Shown here piece after piece: positions 39,838 to 50,767 of a stretch of DNA of 64,000 bases. The translations under genes were made by a program, and so were the position numbers. The DNA is from Eledone cirrhosa. Taxonomy: Eukaryota. Position 1 is the first letter of the stretch, and the number at the start of each line of letters is the position of its first letter. The notes under the pieces were generated by a model, which worked only from the letters and a program-made list of their open reading frames with translations, was not told the DNA's origin and ran no database searches. The stretch covers positions 267,158,001 through 267,222,000 of the forward strand of contig OZ024743.1 in assembly GCA_964016885.1 (NCBI GenBank), written 5' to 3'.

Positions 39838-41113
39838 TGTTGTTTCACCACTAGATAGAACTGGTCATTCCGTATGGTCAATCTCGATGTAATATTATGG
39901 AGAGCACTAAACGTAATGCAACTCAGCCGTCTTCGTTTGTGCAGTTGGTGGTGCGAGTACGGAGTTAATTAGTATAACATAACAGGAGGCTGGACTGGTG
40001 TAAATCCGTGAAGGGTTTATTATACTATGATTATTTCAATGACCGGGTTCAGTATGAATCCGGTGATATCATCAGGAATTCAAACTATAACAAAGGAATA
40101 TAATAGATAAAATACATGGGGCTGAAAATCAGAGACAAGAGGACGACCGACTATCTAGCAGCTTCTATCTCAGTCGGCCGCACTCGGGTGTTGATTATTA
40201 AGTCTACTTATTACCATATGGTGAGAGGACGTAAGCTTATAATGTGCTACTACCTCCCGGCAAAGAGAAATGTCAGCGTTGAGGTCATGCCACAATCAAG
40301 TTGACTATGCGTGCTAGAAATTGCCGCGAAAAATGTTTTTCCCAAAGAACATATATATTTCACAAAGGCATATATAGTGGGCGTCTGTATCGTATAATGT
40401 GTGGACAGAAACTTCGGTTACAAATTAGAAACGTTAAACTTATGTTTAGAGTTATAGGATGAAATAAGTTTTAAAGTTTGGGTTGTGAGATTTAGTTAAA
40501 GAATTTACAGAAATAGTCTTTTCTTAAAAGGTTTAAATGTATTATAGATAGTCTCGATAAGTTTTCAGGGTAGGATATAGAGTAAAGATTAAGCCCTTGT
40601 TTAGCAGTCAATAATCAGCGACGACTGCAGATCTCGGCCAGCCCTCCCTAACCACGTGTCAGACGTTCCGAGTAATATCGTCTAGCGAAAGAAATGGAAA
40701 TACATTTTTCTGAGCACTACAGGAATATAACTGTCTTAGGCGTCTGGTGTGTTAGCGGGAAGTCCGCTATCGCCGTCAGGCCATCGTCTAACGAATACTA
40801 TTAATTCACACAGGAGGGGGATTTAGTTACGTGCCAGTAGAGGCAGGCATGATACAGCTAATAGTTATGATTAAGACTAGAATTTAAAGGTACTATTTGG
40901 CGGTCAAAGCCGGCGGCGCGGCGGGTTCCAAGTCCGACTGGGCCCCGAGGCGAAGCATCCGTTCCGAGTAATTTCGTTTACCGAAAGAAGGGGAAATTTA
41001 TTTTTCCAAGCACTCAAGAAAGGCTGATCTACCCGAGGGCCTGGCGTGCAGTCGGGAAAGCCGCCACATCCCTCGGATCATCGCGGGTTACCAAACGATT
41101 ATTATATATTCAC
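39838..41113 (-). repeat. Possible LTR-like remnants with a diverged ~295-bp duplication
   Basis: GTTCCGAGTAAT...CGAAAGAA...AGCACT at ~40665 and ~40961. Both units begin TGTGAA on the minus strand. No TSD found. Confidence 0.3.
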
Positions 41114-41493
41114 ACCCATGATGTGAGGTTGAAGGTGGTAAAACCCGATGAAATGCGCAAATAGACTATATTTAGTCCCCAGTTAGTCCGAGCTATATGT
41201 AGTGTGGTTTTGGGGTGGGTAGGGGAGTGAATAAAGATAAACAGATATAAGGGTACAGAGAGTAATATTCTAGGGTCGTGTGCTAATGAGCACAATGATA
41301 AGTATATAATGAGAGTAAAGCGAGTAAATAAATACCTAAATAGAATGAATAAATAGCAAAATACATAAATAAAAAGCAAAATACAAAAATACAAATACAT
41401 AAATAAAAATAGATAAATAAAATGCCGTCATAACTAGGGTGGTGATGGAGTAAAACGGAAGTATATAAGAACATATCGGAGAAATCAAAACGC

Positions 41494-41540
<47 letters not shown>

Positions 41541-41546
<6 letters not shown>

Positions 41547-42899
41547 GAGGGTCATGTTGCCAATAAGAAACACACGCACCAGCAGCTTTCACTTCAATTT
41601 ATTATAAATTAAATTTATAAATTTAGGAATTTATAAATTTCCGGTTAGTTGGTTGGTTCCACAACCAGGCGATTGTTCATATATTGTCAAAGTTCTTTCG
41701 TCACACATTATGTGACCTCTTCAGTGACTCGGGACTCTTTTCTGTTTTTTGTGCCTCTCCTTTGTTCTGTCCTACGCCATCTTGTTTTTGTGTGTGTTGT
41801 GTGCTTAGTTTGCGCATGTGTTACATCCGGGTGTCTGTGTGTGTTTATATTTGTTTATTTATTTGTTTATTTACATGTTACTGGTTGGTTGTTTGTTCTA
41901 TGTGTGTGTGTGTTTTTATTTCGTCTTTAATTGTAAGTTGTGATGTTGCTGTTCCATTCATGTTTTCTATTTAATTTTGGTTGGAGTTCATTTATGTTTA
42001 TTGCCTCTGTGATTTGTCTAAACATTGCGTCTTTTCTGTGTGTAGATTCTATTTTTACTTCTATGTTCTCTAATTTACCATTCTGTTCTATTTTAGCATG
42101 TTGGTGGAGTGCAGATGATTCCTTACTATCTTGAAACTCACGACAGTGCTTCATTTATGCGTTCCCCTATACTACTGTCTCACCTATGTACAATATATTC
42201 TTAAGAATATAGTGTACATAGGTGAGGAGCTCGTAGTATAGGGGAACGGATAAATGAACACTGGCGAGAGCTTCAAGATAGTAAAGCTTCAATATTTTAA
42301 ATAAAAATAAAATCTACACATAGAAAAGACGCAACATTTAGACAAATCATAGAGGCAATAAACATAAATGAACTCCAGCCAAAATTAAATAGAAAACATG
42401 AATGGAACAGCAACATCAAAACTTACAATTAAAGACAAAATAAAAACATACAATTAAGGACAAAATGAAAACACACACACACATAGAACAAACAACCAAC
42501 CAGTAACATAGTAAATACACAAATAAATAAACAAATATAAACACACACATACACCCGGATGTAACACATGCGCAAACTAAGCACACAACACACACAAAAA
42601 CAAGTTGACGTAGGACAGAACAAAGGAGAGGCACAAAAAACAAAGAAAATAGTCCCGAGTCACTGAAGAGGTCACATAATGTGTGACGAAAGAACTTTGA
42701 CAATATATGAACAATCACCTGGTTGTGGAACCAACCTACCATCCGGAAATTTATAAATTCCTAAATTTATAAATTTAATTTATAATAAATTGAAGTGAAA
42801 CATCTGGTACGTGTGTTTCTTATTGGCAACATGACCCTCCCAAAGCATAAAAATATCGGTTTCAACACACCTTTTCAGATAAAGAATCTTGCTAAACAA

Positions 42900-42902
<3 letters not shown>
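41541..42902. mobile_element. Fold-back pair of PLE family B pseudo-LTRs
   Basis: Minus arm 41541-42200 and plus arm 42205-42902, with the centre of symmetry at TTAA 42201-42204. Each arm has YIGE.../GIY-YIG C-terminus, UTR, HHR and ORF start ([23 protein letters not shown]). Confidence 0.9.
42659..42701 (+). ncRNA. Minimal type I hammerhead, PLE family B (mirror copy at 41686-41728, minus)
   Basis: GTCA-CTGAAGA-G-GTCACA taatg TGTGAC-GAAA-GAAC-TT-TGAC. Confidence 0.75.
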
Positions 42903-42959
<57 letters not shown>

Positions 42960-43001
42960 TCTATATTTCTATGTATCTATCTATATATCTATCTATACAT
43001 G

Positions 43002-43044
<43 letters not shown>

Positions 43045-43569
43045 ATATTTGGGGAGGGTCATATTTGCGTAATATTGCCAGAATTAATAACAGAACACAC
43101 TCACTGTTTGGTTGGTTTTCGCTTCTCGCTGTCTTTTATATATATATATCTGCGATCTAACTTACTCGGTCCTCAATGTTGCCATTGACTGACCGGCGGT
43201 CAAAAATAATACAGATACAATATAGACAAACACATATATATATAGTTTACATAATTTACATAAATCTTTCGTTGCACATCTGCAACATCGTCAGTGGTGT
43301 TATATTCATTGTTCCTCCTGTTGTGTTGTATGTCTACGCCATTTTTTTTTTTGTTCAGTCTGTCTATATATTTATTTATTTATTTGCTTGTTTGTTTATC
43401 TTATTTTATTTTGTCTTCTTTGCGCATGCGTTTGCGTGTGTGTATAGTGTTATGTGTGATGTGTGACTAGTGTGTATAGTGTTGTGTCTGCTGGGTGACT
43501 AGTGTGTGTTTATGTGCTTGTGTATGTATTTATTTATCTTATTTTATTTAATTTAATTTACTTATTTAT

Positions 43570-46500
43570 TTATACTTCTCTTAGGTCAGTGTTGTTTGTT
43601 TGGGTGTTGTTGTTGTTCCACTCATTCTTTCTGTTTAGCTTTGGTCTTCTAATTTCTATTTCACTGGCCTCTCTGATTTGCCTATCTGCTGGGTCATTCC
43701 TATGTTTAGATATTATTCTAATTTCTATGTTGTCTATGTTACCGTCATGTTGTTGTCTAGCATGTTCGTATAGTACTGACCCGTTTTTTCGTCCTTTTAG
43801 TTCCCCCCAGTGTTGGTCTATCCTTTCACCTATGCTACGAGCTGTCTCACCTATGTATGTTGTTGTCGTGTTTCTGCAAGTACCCTCTGTACATCTTATG
43901 CTATAGACTACGTTTCTAGTTTTACAGTTTATCCGGGGGTTCACCTTACATATGATACATTTCCTATTGGTACAGTGGGTTTTCTTAAAAGGGTAGGTTT
44001 TGCTGATCAGGGATTTTATGGTGGTTCCTGGCTTTTCTACCACCTTTATTTTTAAGTGGGTCTTTCTCAGGGCCTTTCTACACTGGTTAGCCAATTTCCC
44101 TCCAGGGGTGGCGTCCACAAACATGACACTCTGATATCTCTGGTTGTCGTACCCTGATGTGGCCTTCCCTATCTTATGTCTAGCCCTATCTAAGCTATTC
44201 CATGATTTGCTCCTGTATAGTGGGCAAATTCCTTTCATATCCAGTTCTATGAGGGTCTTATACTTTTCCATGGCTCCTTCGTATACTCTGACTCTGTCTC
44301 TTTGGTTGTAGCCAGAGAACTGCATGCGGTTGATGAAGTGTTGGATGTGTCCTTCCATTTCTGTTGGGTCGCACATGCTGGACACATTCTTCATCACTCG
44401 TACCAAATCTGCGATCAGAATATTAAACTTAGCACTACTGGACATTGCTGAGTTTTTGAGTATCAGGTATTTGGAGGCCATGGGTTTAGCATAGTGTGAG
44501 TGGAGAATTTGGGCTCTCTCGTCTATAGTGTTAATCCAGAGTTCTGTGTCTAATACAGGTAGTCTATTGTTAGGGTGTTTGGAAGGGAAGTCTATAGTTA
44601 CAGTTATACTCTGGTGTATGGAATTAGCTATCTGCTGGATGCTTTCCATCGTGCTACGTTCTAAATCAAACTTGTTAGTGCTCTCTAGTGGGGGTGTTCT
44701 TATAGCTATATTGATATCGTCTACATAACGAGAGTACATGATGAGGTCTATGGAGCTTTCATTAAGGAGATCTTTAAGTCTCCTTTCCCACCATACCATG
44801 AAAAGGTTGGCAACATCACCAGCTATGCTGACGCCGATGGCTGCTCCCTCATTTTGGGTGTAGATTTTCTCATTGAACTTAAATATGTGGCCCTTTAGGG
44901 TAGTTTTGATACTAGCCCCTATTGCATGTGCGACCATTTTTCTTACATGATCAGTGTTTTGGGGGGTCCGTATAGCTTTGGTCCACCCAATCCACCTTCC
45001 TATGGGAGTCTTTTTAGCCATTGAGGTTATGGTGGGGGGTCTACCTCTTATAGGTCTACTAGGGCAGAAACATCTAAGGTCATGGCTGTCTAGGTAGTCA
45101 GTGTCGTAGGTAAGTCTAAGTAGGAGGCCCAGTTCGTCTGTGTCGACGTCACAGAACTCCACCTCACTCTCAATGATCATCTCCACACATCTTTTCACAG
45201 CAAAATCAATGTTAATGGATGGGTACAGTGACACCACATCCATGCTGCCTATTATGCAGTTGGATAGGCTCCTGTTTTTGTTGCACTCACTGATTCTGCT
45301 GAGGAGGTCCTCTGTACTTTCACATACATCTGGGGACATCTTGATTATGGGGCGTATAACCATTGAGAGGAAGTAGGAGATCCTGTAGTTGCTAGCTATA
45401 TTAGCTCCGCATACGGGTCTTGTTGGTGGTCCTGTTGTCGGGTCGTCGACTGTCTTGTGGTCTTTGCGGAGCCCATACAAGGGTGGTATGCCATTGTTAG
45501 ACGCCTGGAAGTTGTTGGCAGTGCGTCTGCTTGGCTTTAGGATGTCAGTCCACATGATCATGTGAGCGTTGAGGATTTTTTCTCTCCCATCGTGTGTTAG
45601 TTGTGCAACTTCGCTCGTGTTGGTGATGTGGGGTTGCATTGCCTCGATGTAGTTCGGCATGCTATCTATTGACATCCTACCAGACTTATCTGTGGGTAGA
45701 CACACTACCTCACCATCCCTTGTGCGCTGCTTGAGGCTAACCAAGCCTTCTACAGGTTTTATCCCAAGTTGTTGGGCCTCTGGTCTGCTCTGTCTCATAG
45801 TGTACCTGTCTACTACTTGTCTAATCTTATTTCTAGCTATGGTGAACTGTGCCTCCGTCTCGTCATCTATTTGCTGTGGTATGCAAACTCTTTTATTAAA
45901 GGGTAACCTCGTAGGATAGATATTACCCATCTTATATGTTTTGTCAGCTGGGTTGAAAAATAGTTTCTCTAAGGGGTTGTCGTTATTTCTATCGTCATAG
46001 TTGTGTGTGTTGCTATTATTGTTATCATGGTGGTTGTTGTTGTTTCTATCATTAGCATTAATATTATTATTGTTATGATTGCTAGATGTATTGTTGTTTA
46101 CTTCACAGTTATTGTTGTTGTTGTTACTGCTATTTCTACCATTGTGGTTGTTACTATTATTATGTTTCTTGTTTTTGTTGATGTTGCTACATGTACTATT
46201 TCCATTATTACCACTGTGGTTATTGTTGTTGTTGTTGTTCGTATTGTTACCGTTATTACTACTGTGGTCACTGTTGCTGTGTCTGTGGTTAACGTTTCTA
46301 TTATTATTATTATTGTGGTTGTTGTTGTTCTGTCTATCGCTAGTATTATTACCATTATCACTATTTCTCACTTTCCTGCCATTGTTATGGTTATGGCTGT
46401 TATTTCTATACCCAGAGTTATTGTTTATATTACTACTACCGTTATTATTGTTGTTGTTGTTTACCTTTGCATTCCAACGTATTTTTGTGAAACACTTTTC

Positions 46501-47202
46501 CAGCTCCGTTTTGCATTCCATAGGATTAATCTTTTTGTAGATGGCAAATTTTGGTGGTAACTTTAGGATTTGTTGTTCTTGTTCACTGATTAAAGTGTTC
46601 CCATAGATATTTACTGTGTGGTCATTGGTAAATTCTTCCGGTAGTTTTACATCACTCATACGGATGTTGTCGATGTTATCTGGGTATTTTTGAGAATATT
46701 CGATTTTCCTTTCTTGTAGTTTTTTCTTATTCATCCATTCTAATTTCTTCTTGAAATGCCTACAGCATTCGTTTTGAGCATATTTCGTTTCGCGTCGGAT
46801 GACGCTCATGAAGTCATCTCTCTCGTTTGCTGTGATGAGATTTCGGATTTCCTTACCGTTGATGCGTTTTTGTCTGTAGAGTGCGTTGACTTTTGTGTAT
46901 GTTGTTCTTTTCATATTAACTGTTATTGTGTGTTCTAGCCGTTCAGCTTGTGTTTTGTTCAATAATAAATTATTTACTTGTTTTGATATGTTTGTTGTGT
47001 ATGTTTTGGAGGAAACACAGTGTTTTAAGAAGCGGATTTGTTCTGTTGTTATTGTAGTTTTTATATAACAGAAAACAGTGTCTTTCAATAACCTTTCAGC
47101 TTGGCACAAGCTAATGCCATAGCGGCGATGAATTAGTTTTGCGAGGTTTTTTATATGAAATCGTGTGTCGAAACAGATATTGTTATATTTGGGGAGGGTC
47201 AT
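43570..47202 (-). CDS. PLE polyprotein: N-terminal domain, Asn-rich tract, reverse transcriptase, Cys linker, GIY-YIG endonuclease (1210 aa, uninterrupted)
   Basis: LKLPPKFA, PTDKSG, LYGLRKDHK, RPV, GSMDVVSLYPS, GAAIG, RYVDD, LPVLD, HYAKP, CTNRKCIIC, VVYSIRC...YIGETAR...H...H...EA...LN. Confidence 0.93.
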   Translation of the reverse strand: MTLPKYNNICFDTRFHIKNLAKLIHRRYGISLCQAERLLKDTVFCYIKTTITTEQIRFLKHCVSSKTYTTNISKQVNNLLLNKTQAERLEHTITVNMKRTTYTKVNALYRQKRINGKEIRNLITANERDDFMSVIRRETKYAQNECCRHFKKKLEWMNKKKLQERKIEYSQKYPDNIDNIRMSDVKLPEEFTNDHTVNIYGNTLISEQEQQILKLPPKFAIYKKINPMECKTELEKCFTKIRWNAKVNNNNNNNGSSNINNNSGYRNNSHNHNNGRKVRNSDNGNNTSDRQNNNNHNNNNNRNVNHRHSNSDHSSNNGNNTNNNNNNNHSGNNGNSTCSNINKNKKHNNSNNHNGRNSSNNNNNNCEVNNNTSSNHNNNNINANDRNNNNHHDNNNSNTHNYDDRNNDNPLEKLFFNPADKTYKMGNIYPTRLPFNKRVCIPQQIDDETEAQFTIARNKIRQVVDRYTMRQSRPEAQQLGIKPVEGLVSLKQRTRDGEVVCLPTDKSGRMSIDSMPNYIEAMQPHITNTSEVAQLTHDGREKILNAHMIMWTDILKPSRRTANNFQASNNGIPPLYGLRKDHKTVDDPTTGPPTRPVCGANIASNYRISYFLSMVIRPIIKMSPDVCESTEDLLSRISECNKNRSLSNCIIGSMDVVSLYPSINIDFAVKRCVEMIIESEVEFCDVDTDELGLLLRLTYDTDYLDSHDLRCFCPSRPIRGRPPTITSMAKKTPIGRWIGWTKAIRTPQNTDHVRKMVAHAIGASIKTTLKGHIFKFNEKIYTQNEGAAIGVSIAGDVANLFMVWWERRLKDLLNESSIDLIMYSRYVDDINIAIRTPPLESTNKFDLERSTMESIQQIANSIHQSITVTIDFPSKHPNNRLPVLDTELWINTIDERAQILHSHYAKPMASKYLILKNSAMSSSAKFNILIADLVRVMKNVSSMCDPTEMEGHIQHFINRMQFSGYNQRDRVRVYEGAMEKYKTLIELDMKGICPLYRSKSWNSLDRARHKIGKATSGYDNQRYQSVMFVDATPGGKLANQCRKALRKTHLKIKVVEKPGTTIKSLISKTYPFKKTHCTNRKCIICKVNPRINCKTRNVVYSIRCTEGTCRNTTTTYIGETARSIGERIDQHWGELKGRKNGSVLYEHARQQHDGNIDNIEIRIISKHRNDPADRQIREASEIEIRRPKLNRKNEWNNNNTQTNNTDLREV

Positions 47203-47977
47203 ATTTGCGTAATATTGCCAGAATTAATAACAGAACACACTCACTGTTTGGTTGGTTTTCGCTTCTCGCTGTCTTTTATATATATATATCTGCGATCTAA
47301 CTTACTCGGTCCTCAATGTTGCCATTGACTGACCGGCGGTCAAAAATAATACAGATACAATATAGACAAACACATATATATATAGTTTACATAATTTACA
47401 TAAATCTTTCGTTGCACATCTGCAACATCGTCAGTGGTGTTATATTCATTGTTCCTCCTGTTGTGTTGTATGTCTACGCCATTTTTTTTTGTTCAGTCTG
47501 TCTATATATTTATTTATTTATTTGCTTGTTTGTTTATCTTATTTTATTTTGTCTTCTTTGCGCATGCGTTTGCGTGTGTGTATAGTGTTATGTGTGATGT
47601 GTGACTAGTGTGTATAGTGTTGTGTCTGCTGGGTGACTAGTGTGTGTTTATGTGCTTGTGTATGTATTTATTTATCTTATTTTATTTAATTTAATTTACT
47701 TATTTATTTATACTTCTCTTAGGTCAGTGTTGTTTGTTTGGGTGTTGTTGTTGTTCCACTCATTCTTTCTGTTTAGCTTTGGTCTTCTAATTTCTATTTC
47801 ACTGGCCTCTCTGATTTGCCTATCTGCTGGGTCATTCCTATGTTTAGATATTATTCTAATTTCTATGTTGTCTATGTTACCGTCATGTTGTTGTCTAGCA
47901 TGTTCGTATAGTACTGACCCGTTTTTTCGTCCTTTTAGTTCCCCCCAGTGTTGGTCTATCCAGTGTTGGTCTATCCA

Positions 47978-49994
47978 GAGAGAAAAAATCCTCAACGCTC
48001 ACATGATGATGTGGACTGACATCCTAAAGCCAAGCAGACGCACTGCCAACAACTTCTAGGCGTCTAACAATGGCATACCACCCTTGTATGGGCTCCGCAA
48101 AGACCACAAGACAGTCGACGACCCGACAACAGGACCACCAACAAGACCCGTATGCGGAGCTAATATAGCTAGCAACTACAGGATCTCCTACTTCCTCTCA
48201 ATGGTTATACGCCCCATAATCAAGATGTCCCCAGATGTATGTGAAAGTACAGAGGACCTCCTCAGCAGAATCAGTGAGTGCAACAAAAACAGGAGCCTAT
48301 CCAACTGCATAATAGGCAGCATGGATGTGGTGTCACTGTACCCATCCATTAACATTGATTTTGCTGTGAAAAGATGTGTGGAGATGATCATTGAGAGTGA
48401 GGTGGAGTTCTGCGACGTCGACACAGACGAACTGGGCCTCCTACTTAGACTTACCTACGACACTGACTACCTAGACAGCCATGACCTTAGATGTTTCTGC
48501 CCTAGTAGACCTATAAGAGGTAGACCCCCCACCATAACCTCAATGGCTAAAAAGACTCCCATAGGAAGGTGGATTGGGTGGACCAAAGCTATACGGACCC
48601 CCCAAAATACTGATCAGGTAAGAAAAATGGTCGCACATGCAATAGGGGCTAGTATCAAAACTACCCTAAAGGGCCACATATTTAAGTTCAATGAGAAAAT
48701 CTACACCCAAAATGAGGGAGCAGCCATCGGCGTCAGCATAGCTGGTGATGTTGCCAACCTTTTCATGGTATGGTGGGAAAGGAGACTTAAAGATCTCCTT
48801 AATGAAAGCTCCATAGACCTCATCATGTACTCTCGTTATGTAGACGATATCAATATAGCTATAAGAACACCCCCACTAGAGAGCACTAACAAGTTTGATT
48901 TAGAACGTAGCACGATGGAAAGCATCCAGCAGATAGCTAATTCCATACACCAGAGTATAACTGTAACTATAGACTTCCCTTCCAAACACCCTAACAATAG
49001 ACTACCTGTATTAGACACAGAACTCTGGATTAACACTATAGACGAGAGAGCCCAAATTCTCCACTCACACTATGCTAAACCCATGGCCTCCAAATACCTG
49101 ATACTCAAAAACTCAGCAATGTCCAGTAGTGCTAAGTTTAATATTCTGATCGCAGATTTGGTACGAGTGATGAAGAATGTGTCCAGCATGTGCGACCCAA
49201 CAGAAATGGAAGGACACATCCAACACTTCATCAACCGCATGCAGTTCTCTGGCTACAACCAAAGAGACAGAGTCAGAGTATACGAAGGAGCCATGGAAAA
49301 GTATAAGACCCTCATAGAACTGGACATGAAAGGAATTTGCCCACTATACAGGAGCAAATCATGGAATAGCTTAGATAGGGCTAGACATAAGATAGGGAAG
49401 GCCACATCATGGTACGACAACCAGAGATATCAGAGTGTCATGTTTGTGGACGCCACCCCTGGAGGGAAATTGGCTAACCAGTGTAGAAAGGCCCTGAGAA
49501 AGACCCACTTAAAAATAAAGGTGGTAGAAAAGCCAGGAACCACCATAAAATCCCTGATCAGCAAAACCTACCCTTTTAAGAAAACCCACTGTACCAATAG
49601 GAAATGTATCATATGTAAGGTGAACCCCCGGATAAACTGTAAAACTAGAAACGTAGTCTATAGCATAAGATGTACAGAGGGTACTTGCAGAAACACGACA
49701 ACAACATACATAGGTGAGACAGCTCGTAGCATAGGTGAAAGGATAGACCAACACTGGGGGGAACTAAAAGGACGAAAAAACGGGTCAGTACTATACGAAC
49801 ATGCTAGACAACAACATGACGGTAACATAGACAACATAGAAATTAGAATAATATCTAAACATAGGAATGACCCAGCAGATAGGCAAATCAGAGAGGCCAG
49901 TGAAATAGAAATTAGAAGACCAAAGCTAAACAGAAAGAATGAGTGGAACAACAACAACACCCAAACAAACAACACTGACCTAAGAGAAGTATAA
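47978..49994 (+). pseudogene. 5'-truncated inverted copy of the PLE ORF (RT + GIY-YIG)
   Basis: Nearly identical to the C-terminal ~670 aa of the 1210-aa ORF. It lacks the N-terminus and has CAG>TAG near 48057. Confidence 0.9.
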
Positions 49995-50264
49995 ATAAAT
50001 AAGTAAATTAAATTAAATAAAATAAGATAAATAAATACATACACAAGCACATAAACACACACTAGTCACCCAGCAGACACAACACTATACACACTAGTCA
50101 CACATCACACATAACACTATACACACACGCAAACGCATGCGCAAAGAAGACAAAATAAAATAAGATAAACAAACAAGCAAATAAATAAATAAATATATAG
50201 ACAGACTGAACAAAAAAAAAATGGCGTAGACATACAACACAACAGGAGGAACAATGAATATAAC

Positions 50265-50305
50265 ACCACTGACGATGTTGCAGATGTGCAACGAAAGATT
50301 TATGT
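50265..50305 (+). ncRNA. Hammerhead motif in the family A pLTR (copies at 43259-43297 and 47399-47437 minus, ~24984-25024 plus)
   Basis: CA-CTGACGA-T-GTTGCA gatg TGCAAC-GAAA-GATT-TA-TG. Core and stem II are intact, stem I is very short. Confidence 0.65.
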
Positions 50306-50564
50306 AAATTATGTAAACTATATATATATGTGTTTGTCTATATTGTATCTGTATTATTTTTGACCGCCGGTCAGTCAATGGCAACATTGAGGACCGAGTA
50401 AGTTAGATCGCAGATATATATATATAAAAGACAGCGAGAAGCGAAAACCAACCAAACAGTGAGTGTGTTCTGTTATTAATTCTGGCAATATTACGCAAAT
50501 ATGACCCTCCCCAAATATAACAATATCTGTTTCGACACACGATTTCATATAAAAAACCTCGCAA

Positions 50565-50600
<36 letters not shown>

Positions 50601-50630
50601 TCTATATTTCTATGTATCTATCTATATAGG

Positions 50631-50695
<65 letters not shown>

Positions 50696-50730
50696 TCTAT
50701 ATATTTCTATCTATCTATCCATCATTTATG

Positions 50731-50759
<29 letters not shown>

Positions 50760-50767
<8 letters not shown>

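Larger units (their letters stand above)
43037..50568. mobile_element. Young composite Penelope-like element, family A (probably Naiad-type): pLTR-ORF-pLTR on minus plus a 2.6-kb inverted copy on plus
   Basis: 43037-43822 is directly repeated at 47177-47960. 47978-50525 is the reverse complement of 43037-45587 with only a handful of substitutions. Both ends abut (TA)n. Confidence 0.93.

Noticed and set aside
46003-46560. Hydrophobic plus-strand ORFs (also 13435-14070 and 14536-14982)
   Set aside because: Antisense shadows of Asn/Thr/Ser-rich retroelement coding sequence.
47502-48059. ORFs crossing the inversion junction (47640-48059, 47708-47995)
   Set aside because: Chance fusions of sense and antisense PLE sequence.
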